From Nitrospirota bacterium (GTDB lineage: Bacteria > Nitrospirota > UBA9217): DNA of 64,000 nucleotides. The stretch's first letter is position 1, and each line of letters starts with the position of its first letter. Made by a program: the position numbers and the translations under genes. Positions 21,089-31,937 of this stretch are shown here, piece by piece. Below the pieces are notes generated by a model, which saw only the letters and a list, made by a program, of their open reading frames with translations, was not told where the DNA came from and searched no databases. The DNA is taken from the NCBI GenBank assembly GCA_963840455.1, contig CAWIYV010000008.1:1-64000 (forward strand). The letters run 5' to 3'.

Positions 21089-21367
21089 CACTTTCGGTAA
21101 CGGTATTTCTCATATGCAATATGCTGATGCGTCATAATGGCCGGGATTTTGGCTCATCATTTCGTGGCAGGTAATTGATGGCTCATAAAATATTTTCAAC
21201 TGGACACAGAGGGCAGGTACGGTTCTTCTCAGGGCTCGATCCGAGATGATCCGGGATACCTGCCTTTTCTTTTTTTGCTATAATTCAGGTCATGTGCTTC
21301 TGGCAGCAAAGAGGTTCACCGATATCGTCACAGCAATAACGTCTCTATCTTATAGAAGGAGGGTACT

Positions 21368-24300
21368 ATGGGGGTATCACGACGGGATTTTCTAAAGATC
21401 TCAGGCAGTGCGCTTCTCCTCGGTCCGCTGGCCGCCCCGGGTTCCGCTGAAGCACAAGAGCGGGAGTCGAGGATCAAGGGCGCCAAGCAGACCACAACCG
21501 TCTGCCCGTACTGCTCGGTGGGCTGCGGCATCATCGTCCACACGAAGGACGGTAAAGTGGTGTACACAGAGGGTGATCCCGATCATCCGATCAACGAGGG
21601 AACGCTCTGCCCGAAGGGCGCGTCGATCGCACAGCTGGTGAACAACGACACCCGTGTCCTGAAACCGATGTACCGGGCGCCGGGCGCCGACAGCTTTAAG
21701 GAAGTTGAGTGGGACTGGGCGCTGGATCAGATCGCGAAGAAGGTGAAGGACACCCGCGACCGCACGTTCAAACTGACCTCCAAGGCCAAGGTGAAGGAGA
21801 CGCAGCCTGACGGCACGGAGAAAGATGTCGAGAAGGAGTTCACGGTCAATCGGACCGACGCCCTCGCCCATGTGGGCAGCGCGGCCCTCGACAACGAAGA
21901 ATGCTACCTGCTCCAAAAGATGATGCGGTCCTTTGGCCTGGTATATATAGAACACCAGGCGCGTATTTGACACTCCGCAACTGTAGCGGCTCTGGGAGAG
22001 TCGTTCGGACGCGGTGCAATGACGAATCACTGGATAGATTTCAAGAATGCTGACGTTATCCTCGTAATGGGCTCCAATCCGGCCTCGAACCACCCGATCT
22101 CGATGAAGTGGGTTATGCGGGCTAAGGAAAAGGGTGCCAAGCTCATCGTGGTGGACCCCCGGTTCACCCAGACAGCCTCGAAGGCGGACCTCTACGCACC
22201 CATGCGCTCGGGAACGGACATCGCCTTCCTGGGCGGCATGGTCAAGTACATCCTCGACAACAACCTCATCTTCAAGGATTATGTCGTCAACTACACGAAC
22301 GCGCCCTTTCTCGTGAACCCTGACTTCAAGGGCCCGGGCGAGCTGAACGGGCTGTTCTCGGGGTATGACGAGAAGGCGCGGAAGTACGACAAGAAGACCT
22401 GGGGCTACCAGATGGGCGAGGACGGGATCCCGAAAAAGGACCCGACGCTCAAGAACCCCCACTGCGTGTTCCAGCTCCTGAAGAAGCACTATTCCCGCTA
22501 TACCCTCGACAAGGTATCCTCCATCACGGGTACGCCCAAGGACAAGCTCGAGGATGTGTACAAGCTCTACGGATCCACCGGCAAACCGAACAAGGCCGGC
22601 ACCGAGCTCTACGCCATGGGCTGGACGCAGCACACCGTGGGCACACAGAACATCCGCGCCATGGCCGTCATCCAGCTCCTGCTCGGCAACATGGGCATTG
22701 CCGGCGGCGGCATCAACGCGCTCCGCGGCGAATCGAACGTGCAGGGGTCCACGGACCAGGGTCTTCTGTTCCACCTCCTGCCGGGGTACAACGCCACGCC
22801 GTCGGCCTCGCTCAAGGACCTGACCGCCTACATCGAGAAGTACACGCCGAAGACGAAGGACCCCAAGAGCGTCAACTGGCTGTCGAACCGGGCCAAATAC
22901 ATCACGAGCTACCTGAAAGCCATCTATGGCGCCAACGCGACCAAGGAGAACGACTTCGGCTACAGCTTCCTGCCGAAGATCGACGAAGGCATGAACGCCT
23001 CATGGCTCATGCTGTTCGACAAGATGCACAAGGGCCAGTTCGAGGGCTTCTTTGCCTGGGGCCAGAACCCGGCCTGCTCAGGCGCGAATTCCAACAAGAC
23101 TCGCGCGGCGCTCGCCAAGCTCAAGTGGATGGTGAACGTCAACCTATTCGACAACGAGACGGCCTCCTTCTGGAAAGGTCCGGGCATGAACCCCAAGGAC
23201 ATCCAGACCGAGGTGTTCATGCTGCCCTGCGTCTCTTCCATCGAGAAAGAAGGCAGCCTCACCAACTCGAGCCGGCTGGCCCAGTGGCGCTACAAGGCCA
23301 TCGACCACGTCGGCCAGTCGAAGCCCGACGCGGAAATCATGAACGACCTGTTCCTTAAGGTCCGGGAGCTCTATAAAAAGGAAGGGGGCAAGTTCCCCGA
23401 TCCGATCATGAAGCTTACCTGGAACTACGGGAAGGAAGTGGACGTCCACAAGGTTGCCAAGGAGATCAACGGCTACTACCTCGAGGATGTGTATGACAAG
23501 AAGGCTACGCCGCCCAAGCTCCTGGGCAAGAAGGGCGATCTTTGCGCCTCCTTCGTCCATCTGCAGCCGGACGGCACCACCTCCTGCGGCAACTGGCTCT
23601 TCAGCCAAAGCTATACCCAGAAGGAAGGCAAGGTCATCAACATGATGGCCCGCCGCGGCAAGGCGGACCCCACGGGCCTCGGACTCTATCCCGAGTGGGC
23701 GTGGTGCTGGCCGGTGAACCGCAAGATCATCTACAACCGGGCGTCCGTGGACCTGAACGGAAATCCCTGGGACCCGAAGCGGCCGCTGCTCAAGTGGGAC
23801 GCCAACAAGGAAGACCCGGCGACGAAAAAACCGGGCGTCTGGGTGGGCGATGTGCCCGACGGTCCGGCGCCGCCCATGGCGAAGGATACTGGCAAGTATC
23901 CCTTCATCATGATGTCCGAAGGCAAGGGCGCTATCTACGGTCCTGGACTGAATGACGGGCCGTTCCCCGAGCACTACGAATCGCTGGAGTGCCCGCTCGA
24001 GGAAAGCCTGATGTCCAAGCAGCGGATCAACCCGACGATCAAGATCTTCGGTGAGAAGGAAGACGCCTTCTACTCCTGCGACATGCGGTATCCCTATGTG
24101 GCCACCACCTACCGCGTTACCGAGCACTGGCAGACCGGTGTCATGACGCGTCACACCCCCTGGCTCCTCGAGATGCAGCCTCAGCAGTTCGTCGAGATGA
24201 GCAGGGAACTGGCTGCTGAGAAGGGCATCAAGAATGGTGATCCGGTGAAGGTGAAATCAGGCCGCGGCGAGATCATGGCAAGTGCCATGGTCACGACTCG

Positions 24301-24487
24301 GTTCAAACCCTTCAAGATCGGCGGCCAGACCGTGCACGAGGTCGGCATGCCGTGGTGCTTCGGATGGCAATACCCCGTCAATGGCAAGCAGGGCGACAGT
24401 TCGAACCTGCTGACCGCGACCGTCGGCGATGCCAACACCATGATCCCCGAATCCAAGGCGTTCATGGTGAACGTCGAGAAAGCATAG
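21368..24487 (+). CDS. fdhA: Selenocysteine formate dehydrogenase alpha subunit 1 (Tat-exported, 1039 codons; UGA=Sec at 21968-21970)
   Basis: SRRDFLK Tat motif, CPYCSVGC [4Fe-4S], HQARI-U-HSATV, GRGAMTNHW; the two ORF-track pieces are in frame across UGA. Confidence 0.96.
21986..22004 (+). promoter_or_regulatory. Bacterial SECIS hairpin of fdhA1
   Basis: GCGGCTCT-GGG-AGAGTCGT starting 16 nt after UGA; conserved in fdhA2. Confidence 0.75.
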
Positions 24488-24496
24488 GAGGCAGTT

Positions 24497-25318
24497 ATGG
24501 CAACGAATAACGGGAAATCAAAAGGCGTGCTGGTGGACCTGACCCGATGCATCGGCTGTCGCGGCTGCCAGGTCGCCTGCAAGTCGTGGAACGAGCGGTC
24601 GGTCAAACCGACCGTCATGTACGGGAACTTCACCAATCCCCCGAAGCTCAATTCCGAGTGTTTTACGAACATCAGGTATGTCGAATGGGAGACGGACAAG
24701 GGGCCGGTGTGGCAGTTCGTCAAGAGCCAGTGCATGCACTGCAAGGACCCGGCCTGCGCATCGGCCTGCCCCGCCAGCGCGCTCATAAAGACGCCGGAGG
24801 GTCCCGTCACATACTATTACGAAAAGTGCCTCGGTTGCAGGTACTGTATGATGGCCTGTCCATTCCACATCCCGAAATACGAGTGGGAAAAGACCATGTT
24901 TCCCTTTCCCTGGGTGCGGAAGTGCACCTTCTGCGCCGACCGGCAAGCCGACGGCAAGGTGCCCGCGTGCATCAAGGTCTGCCCCACGAATGTCATGTTC
25001 TTCGGTCCCCTCGATGACGTGAAGCAGGAGGCCGAGAAACGGCTGAAGGAGAATCCTGGTAAATATGTAAACCACATATACGGCAAAGAGGAGGCAGGCG
25101 GTACGGCATGGATGTATCTTTCGGCAGTGCCTTTTGCGCAACTGGGATTCGAGACGGATATCCCGGCCAAGCCGCATCCGGATTACACCTGGGCGATGCT
25201 CCGGGAGATTCCCTATAAAGTCGCCGGGCTGGTGGTTGGTCTTTCGCTCATCGCCGCCTTCAGGAACCGGGGGAGCAGCGAACAGGACTCCGATACAACG
25301 CACGGGAAGGAGAAATAA
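24497..25318 (+). CDS. fdhB: Formate dehydrogenase iron-sulfur subunit with C-terminal TM anchor
   Basis: CIGCRGCQVAC, CMHCKDPAC, CLGCRYCMMACP, KCTFC motifs. Confidence 0.92.
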   Translation: MATNNGKSKGVLVDLTRCIGCRGCQVACKSWNERSVKPTVMYGNFTNPPKLNSECFTNIRYVEWETDKGPVWQFVKSQCMHCKDPACASACPASALIKTPEGPVTYYYEKCLGCRYCMMACPFHIPKYEWEKTMFPFPWVRKCTFCADRQADGKVPACIKVCPTNVMFFGPLDDVKQEAEKRLKENPGKYVNHIYGKEEAGGTAWMYLSAVPFAQLGFETDIPAKPHPDYTWAMLREIPYKVAGLVVGLSLIAAFRNRGSSEQDSDTTHGKEK

Positions 25319-25320
25319 CC

Positions 25321-26457
25321 ATGACGATCACTGAAGGACTGCAAAAAAGCTTTGAATCGAAAGGGATGCGACTCCTTCTCCTACTCGTCGGTCTGGGGAT
25401 CGTGGCGACCATCTACCGGTTTGCAGTGGGTCTCGGCGCCTCCACGCACCTCACCGACGATATGCCTTGGGGCCTTTGGGTCGCCGTCGATGTGCTTTCT
25501 GGCGTCGCCCTGGCCGCCGGCGGCTTTGCCATCACTGCGGCGGTCTATATCTTCAATATGAAGAAGTACAAGTCGATCGCTCGGCCGGCGATCCTGACCG
25601 CGTTCGTGGGCTACGCGATCGTGCTCGTGGGCCTGGCCATCGACGTGGGGAAACCGATCTCCGCATGGCGTCCGCTGATCTTCTGGCAACCCCATTCGGT
25701 CATGTTCGAGGTTTTCTGGTGCATTACGATCTACACGACCGTGCTGGCCTTCGAGTTCGCTCCGGCTTTCCTTGAACGGGTAAAGTGGGAGACGCCGCTG
25801 AAGATCATCCATATTCTCCACTACCCCCTGGTGATCGCCGGCATCGTTCTGTCGTTCCTGCACCAGTCGTCCCTGGGCGGCTTCTTCCTCATCATGCCGT
25901 CGAAGCTCAGCCATCTGTGGTACACGCCGAACCTGCCGTACCTCTTCTACCTCTCTGCCATCGCCGCGGGACTCGCGATGGTCTCCTTTGAGGGAATTAT
26001 CAGTACCCGCGCCCTCAAACGGAATGTGGATGAAATGCCGATCCTCCAGGGCCTTGGCCGCGGCGCACGGATCACGCTGATCATCTACCTCGTTGCGAAG
26101 ATCGCCGATATGACCTATCAGGGCAACTGGCCGCTCCTGTTTGCAGGGACCAAGGCGAGCCTGTTCTGGAGCGTCGAGTTGATCGTCGGCGTGATCGTGC
26201 CGATCGTGCTCTACTCGATGAAGTCGGTCCGCGAATCGGAAAACGGATTGCTCGTCACCTCCGGGCTGGTGCTGTTCGGTGTTGTCCTGAACCGGTTCGA
26301 CGTGAACTTCTTTGCCCAGGCGGGGACCAGCACGCTTTACTTCCCGTCGGTGTGGGAAATGCTCGTGACCGTCGGGCTCATTTCTGCCATTATCCTGGCC
26401 TACCGCCTTGCCGTGATGCACCTGCCGGTGTTCCATGAAGGGGCGCTGAACCGCTGA
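25321..26457 (+). CDS. NrfD/HybB-family membrane quinone-interacting subunit
   Basis: PWGLW..DVLSGVALAAGGF, HSVMFEV, LHQSSLG, LNRFDV. Confidence 0.88.
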   Translation: MTITEGLQKSFESKGMRLLLLLVGLGIVATIYRFAVGLGASTHLTDDMPWGLWVAVDVLSGVALAAGGFAITAAVYIFNMKKYKSIARPAILTAFVGYAIVLVGLAIDVGKPISAWRPLIFWQPHSVMFEVFWCITIYTTVLAFEFAPAFLERVKWETPLKIIHILHYPLVIAGIVLSFLHQSSLGGFFLIMPSKLSHLWYTPNLPYLFYLSAIAAGLAMVSFEGIISTRALKRNVDEMPILQGLGRGARITLIIYLVAKIADMTYQGNWPLLFAGTKASLFWSVELIVGVIVPIVLYSMKSVRESENGLLVTSGLVLFGVVLNRFDVNFFAQAGTSTLYFPSVWEMLVTVGLISAIILAYRLAVMHLPVFHEGALNR

Positions 26458-26477
26458 TGTCAGAAGCATACCATCTC

Positions 26478-26507
26478 AAGGAGGGGACGCTTGTCCCCTC
26501 CTTTTTC
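26478..26507 (+). terminator. Terminator-like hairpin between the membrane subunit and the DsbA-like gene
   Basis: AAGGAGGGGAC-GCTT-GTCCCCTCCTT-TTT. Confidence 0.65.
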
Positions 26508-26520
26508 TTGGAGGTCCACC

Positions 26521-27111
26521 ATGAAGAATGCTCTCAGAATCATCACGTTGCTCCTGCTGATCGTCGGCACGGCCTTTTCTGCTGACAAGCGCGTTTCGAT
26601 TCCCATTGCCAACGCTCCGTCGCTTGGCCCCGAGAACGCACCGGTCACGATCATCGAGTTCATCGACTTCCAATGACCGCACTGCGTGGCGGCCGGTCCG
26701 ACCGTCAAAAAGATCATGGATGCATATAAAGGCAAGGTGCGGCTGGTGATCAAGAACTATCCCTACAAATACCGGGACTATTCCCGCATCGCAGCCGAGG
26801 CGTCCCTCGCGGCCAAGGAGCAGGGCAAATACTGGGAGATGCATGATCTGCTGATCAAGAACTCCCCGAAGCTCGACCGGGCAAGCGTTATCGCTTACGC
26901 GAAGGAGCTGGGGCTCGATGTGAAGAAGTTCACCGACTCCGTCGATGGCCAGAAGTTCAAGAAGGAGATCGATGCGGACCTTAAACTCGCGACAGACATG
27001 GACCTTTACAATACCCCGACCTTCTATATCAACGGCAGGCAGGTGGTGGGGGAGCGTCCCTTCGAGTATTTCAAGAAGATCATCGATGAGGAACTGAAAA
27101 CAACAAAGTAA
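26521..27111 (+). CDS. Periplasmic DsbA-like (thioredoxin-fold) selenoprotein, UGA=Sec at 26674-26676, active site U-P-H-C
   Basis: GGAGGT RBS, signal peptide, GPENAPVTIIEFIDFQ-TGA-PHC continuing in frame to YWEMHDLL and NTPTFYING; hairpin at 26688-26706. Confidence 0.88.
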
Positions 27112-27148
27112 GTTCGGAATTCTGGGCAAGGCAGAAGGAGATACGGCT

Positions 27149-28204
27149 ATGGTCAAGAGCGTGTTCAAACTGGTCCTTTGCGCGGTTTTAACTGCCGGCA
27201 CGGCATACGCCGGGAAGCTCATGCCGGTGAACGAGGTGCCGGTCCCTGCGGCCAATCCGCAGACGCCGGAGAAGATCGAGCTCGGTAAGAAGCTGTTCTT
27301 CGACCGGAGGCTTTCGGGCGACGGGACCATGAGCTGTTCCACCTGCCACGATCCGGAAAAGGGGTACTCCGACGACCTGGCAATATCGCTGAGCTATCCC
27401 ACGACGCGGAACTGGCGGAACTCGCCGACGCTCATCAACGTGGGCTTTCAGAAGTTCCTGTTCCATGACGGCAGGGCCCATACCCTCGAGGAGCAGGCGT
27501 TGTTCCCGATGATGTCCGCCTTCGAGATGAACCGGAACCTCGATTTTGTCGAGGAGGTGATCCGGTCGGTGCCCGAGTATGTCGAGGCCTTCCAGAAGGT
27601 CTTCGGCGGAGAGGTGAGCCGGGAGCGAATGGCCATGGCGCTTGCCGCCTTCCAGCGCACGCTTGTATCCGTGAACTCGCCGCTCGACCGGTTCCTGATG
27701 GGCGACAAGAAGGCCCTCTCCGCCGAGGCAAAGAAGGGGTACGACGTCTTCATGGGGAAGGGCAGATGCGCTGACTGCCATGACGGAGTGAACCTTGCAG
27801 ACAACAAGTTCTACGCGCTGAACGTGCCCGAGAACGCGGAGCAGGAGAAGGACCCGCGGGTGGCGGCGACGCGACGCTTCGTGGCGAAGGTCTCGCATTA
27901 CGAGGATTACCTGAACCTCAAGGAGGACCCGGGAAGGTACCTGGTCACCAAGGACAAGAAGGACTGGAAGGCATTCCGGACGCCCACGCTGCGGGAGGTC
28001 GCCAAGACCGGGCCGTACATGCACAACGGCATCTTGTCCACGCTCGATGAGGTCATCGAGTTCTTCGACAAGGGCGGCGGGCAGGGGAACAGTGCCCTCA
28101 AGCCGCTGAAGCTGACCGATGCGGAAAAGAAGGCCTTGAAGACTTTCCTCGTTGAAGGCCTGGCGGGCGAAGAGGTGCCGTTCAAGTACCCGAAGGTCCC
28201 GTAG
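27149..28204 (+). CDS. Diheme cytochrome c peroxidase (CCP/MauG family)
   Basis: LGKKLFFDRRLS, CSTCH and CADCH heme motifs, RNSPT, FRTPTLREVAKTGPYMHNG. Confidence 0.92.
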   Translation: MVKSVFKLVLCAVLTAGTAYAGKLMPVNEVPVPAANPQTPEKIELGKKLFFDRRLSGDGTMSCSTCHDPEKGYSDDLAISLSYPTTRNWRNSPTLINVGFQKFLFHDGRAHTLEEQALFPMMSAFEMNRNLDFVEEVIRSVPEYVEAFQKVFGGEVSRERMAMALAAFQRTLVSVNSPLDRFLMGDKKALSAEAKKGYDVFMGKGRCADCHDGVNLADNKFYALNVPENAEQEKDPRVAATRRFVAKVSHYEDYLNLKEDPGRYLVTKDKKDWKAFRTPTLREVAKTGPYMHNGILSTLDEVIEFFDKGGGQGNSALKPLKLTDAEKKALKTFLVEGLAGEEVPFKYPKVP

Positions 28205-28571
28205 CTCCCGGGATTGATTTCGTTGGCGCGGGGGCCTGCAAAGGTGTGTGCAGGGCCTCTCTATGGGCGGCATTCACAGCCCCTCTGTCGTTTCTACCCG
28301 TTACCGGTATAATCAGTCGGTGGCTTCACGAGTCTGAAAATGCACGGAGAAAGACCGTGATGCTCCTTTTGACATCCGCCACCTTCCCGTGAGTCATCTA
28401 CAAGGTAAGTCGGCATCGAGTGTACGCATTGAATATCGTCCAACACATTCTCATCGCAGATCGATCAAGGCAGGGTTGGTTCTCCCGGTAGATATCAAGG
28501 GGACCTTGCATCTGCCTTTTTTTGCTGTACTGAGACATTATTATATTTTCAGGCACCAAATGGAGGGAACC

Positions 28572-31500
28572 ATGGGGGTATCGAGACGAGATTTTCTGAA
28601 GATCTCCGGTAGTACGCTGCTTCTGGGCCCGTTGGCCGCCCCGGCTTCTGCTGATGCAAAAGAGCAGGAGTCGAAGACCAAAGGCGCCAAGGAGACCACG
28701 ACCGTCTGTCCATACTGCTCGGTGGGCTGCGGCATCGTCGTTCATACCAAGGACGGCAAGGTGGTGAACACCGAGGGCGATCCCGATCATCCGATCAACG
28801 AGGGGACTCTCTGTCCGAAGGGCGCGTCGATCATGCAGCTGGTGAACAACCCGACGCGCGTCCTGAAGCCGATGTACCGGGCGCCGGGTGCAGACAGTTG
28901 GAAGGAAGTGGAGTGGGATTGGGCGCTCGACAATATCGCGAAGAAAGTAAAAGAGACCCGTGATAGAACGTTCAAGCTGACCTCCAAGTCCAAGGTGAAG
29001 GAGAAACAGCCAGACGGGACCGAGAAGGAAGTCGAGAAAGAGTTCGCGGTCAACCGGACCGACGCCATAGCCCACGTTGGCAGCGCGGCCCTCGACAACG
29101 AGGAGTGCTATTTGCTCCAGAAGATGATGCGGGCCTGGGGCCTGGTATATATAGAACACCAGGCGCGCATTTGACACTCCGCGACTGTGCCGGCTCTGGG
29201 AGAGTCGTTCGGACGCGGTGCAATGACGAATCACTGGATCGACCTGAAGAATTCTGATGTCATCCTCGTAATGGGAGCGAATCCTGCCTCGAACCACCCC
29301 ATCTCCATGAAGTGGATCATGCGGGCGAAGGAGCGGGGCGCCAAGCTCATCGTGGTGGACCCCCGTTTCACGCAGACCGCGACCAAGGCGGATGTGTACG
29401 CGCCTCTGCGCTCCGGCACGGACATCGCGTTCCTGGGAGGCATGATCAAGTATATTCTTGAGAACAAGCTCTACTTCAAAGAGTATATAGTCAATTACAC
29501 GAACGCAAGCTTCCTGGTGAATCCCGATTTCAAGGGGCCTGGCGAACTGGACGGGCTATTCTCGGGCTATGACGCCAAAACCCGGAAGTACGACAGGAAG
29601 ACCTGGTCCTACCAGATGGATGAGAATGGGGTGCCGAAGAAAGACCCCACGCTTCAGGACCCTCACTGCGTGCTCCAGCTTCTGAGAAAACAATATTCCC
29701 GTTACACGCCCGAGAAGGTATCGAACATCACCGGCACACCTCAGGAAAAACTCGTTGAGGTCTATAAGCTCTTCGGCTCAACCGGCAAGCCGAACAAGGC
29801 TTGCACCTCGCTCTATGCCATGGGATGGACGCAGCACACCATCGGAACCCAGAACATCCGGACGATGTGCATCATCCAGCTCCTGCTCGGGAACGTCGGC
29901 ACCGCAGGCGGTGGTATCAACGCCCTCCGCGGGGAGGGAAATGTCCAGGGATCCACTGATCACGGGCTCCTGTTCCACACCCTGCCGGGTTATAATGCCA
30001 CGCCCACTGCATCAATCGTTGACTTGAATGCCTACATCGAAAAATATACACCGAAGACCAAGGACCCCAAGAGCGTCAACTGGCTTTCGAACCGAAACAA
30101 GTACATCGTAAGCTATCTCAAGGCCATTTACGGCACTGCTGCCACGAAAGAGAACGATTTCGGCTATTCCTGGCTGCCGAAGCTTGACGAGGGGATGAAC
30201 GCGTCATGGCTCAATCTGTTCTACAAGATGTGGCAGGGCAAGACGGAGGGGTTCTTTGCATGGGGACAGAACCCCGCCTGTTCGACGCCAGCTGCCAAGT
30301 ATGTCCGAGACGCCTTCGGGAAACTGAAATGGATGGTGACCGTCAACCTCTTTGACAATGAAACCGCCTCGTTCTGGAAAGGCCCGGGTATCAATCCCAA
30401 GGACATCCAGACGGAGGTCTTCTTCCTGCCCTGTGTATCATCGATCGAGAAAGAGGGAAGTCTCACTAACTCCGGCCGTTGGGCCCAGTGGCGATATAAG
30501 GCGCTTGATCACCTTGGTCAGGCCCGTCCCGACGCGGATATCGCGAGCGATCTCTTCCTGCGGGTAAGGGAACTCTATCGAAAAGAAGGCGGCAAGTTCC
30601 CGGCTCCCATCATGAACACCACCTGGAACTACGGGAAAGAGGTGGACATCCACAAGGTGGCCAAGGAGATCAACGGCTATTACCTCGAGGATGTGTACGA
30701 CAAGAAGGCGACGCCGCCAAAATTGCTCGGCAAAAAGGGCGCGCTCTGCGCGACTTTCGTCCATCTCCAGGCGGACGGCACTACCTCCTGCGGCAACTGG
30801 CTCTACAGCCAGAGCTACACGCAGAAGGAAGGCAAGGTCATCAATATGATGGCCCGCCGCGGCAAGAACGATCCAACAGGGCTCGGTCTCTACTCCGAGT
30901 GGGCCTGGTGCTGGCCCGTGAACCGGCGCATTATTTACAACCGCGCCTCGGTGGATCCGAACGGAAATCCATGGGACCCGAAACGACCGCTTCTGAAGTG
31001 GGACCCGAACAAGGAAGATCCCGCAACCAAGAAGCCCGGTATGTGGGTTGGCGATGTGCCTGACGGCCCGGCGCCGCCCATGGCAAAGGATACAGGCAAA
31101 TATCCCTTTATCATGATGTCCGAAGGAAAAGGCGCCATCTACGCGCCTGGCCTTAACGACGGGCCGTTCCCCGAGCACTATGAATCGCTCGAGTGTCCAT
31201 TGGAGGAAAATCTCCTGAACAAACAGCGGATCAATCCGGCTGTCAGCCTCAAGATCCAGGAGGAACTCGGTGTTGACCTTGCGAAGTACTACTCCTGCGA
31301 CCTGCGGTATCCTTATGTCGCCACCACGTACCGCGTGACCGAGCACTGGCAGACCGGCGTCATGTCGCGCCACACCCCCTGGCTCCTCGAAATGCAGCCC
31401 CAGCAGTTCGTCGAAATGAGCAAAGAGCTGGCAGCGGAGAAAGGGATCAAGGGAGGCGACATCCTGAAAGTGTCGTCGGCCCGCGGCGAGCTGCACGCCG

Positions 31501-31706
31501 TGGCCGTGGTGACCTCCCGGTTCAAGCCCTTCAAGGTCGGCGGCTCGACCGTGCACCAGATCGGCATGCCCTGGTGCTTCGGCTGGCAGTACCCGGTCAA
31601 CGGGAGACAGGGCGACAGTGCAAATCTTCTCACGCCGTTCATCGGCGACGCGAACACCATGATCCCCGAATCCAAGGCATTCATGGTCAACGTCGAGAAA
31701 GCGTAG
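28572..31706 (+). CDS. fdhA: Selenocysteine formate dehydrogenase alpha subunit 2 (1044 codons; UGA=Sec at 29172-29174)
   Basis: Close paralog of 21368..24487 with Tat motif, CPYCSVGC and HQARI-U-HSATV. Confidence 0.96.
29191..29207 (+). promoter_or_regulatory. Bacterial SECIS hairpin of fdhA2
   Basis: CGGCTCT-GGG-AGAGTCG, same spacing from UGA as in fdhA1. Confidence 0.75.
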
Positions 31707-31715
31707 GAGGCAGTC

Positions 31716-31778
31716 ATGGCGACGGATAATGAAGAAGCAAGCGGTGGAAAGGGCAACACAGCGCTGAAGGTGCCGTAA
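31716..31778 (+). pseudogene. 20-codon stub of an fdhB start (MATDN...)
   Basis: TAGGAGGCAGTCATGGCGACGGATAAT mirrors the fdhA1-fdhB junction TAGGAGGCAGTTATGGCAACGAATAAC, then diverges and stops. Confidence 0.6.
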
Positions 31779-31803
31779 CGTCACACGACATGCAGCTATC
31801 TTG

Positions 31804-31838
31804 AAAGGACGCGCTCGACATCTTGAGTGCGTCCTTTA
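31804..31838 (+). terminator. Terminator after fdhA2
   Basis: AAAGGACGCGCTCGA-CATC-TTGAGTGCGTCCTTT. Confidence 0.7.
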
Positions 31839-31937
31839 TTATTGAGCGGCGGGTCTGCTTGATGCCCCGAAAGGAGCGGACCTTTCACTGGCTGCACCCG
31901 GCTTTCATGAAAAAACGATGGCCTGCCCCAAAAATGT

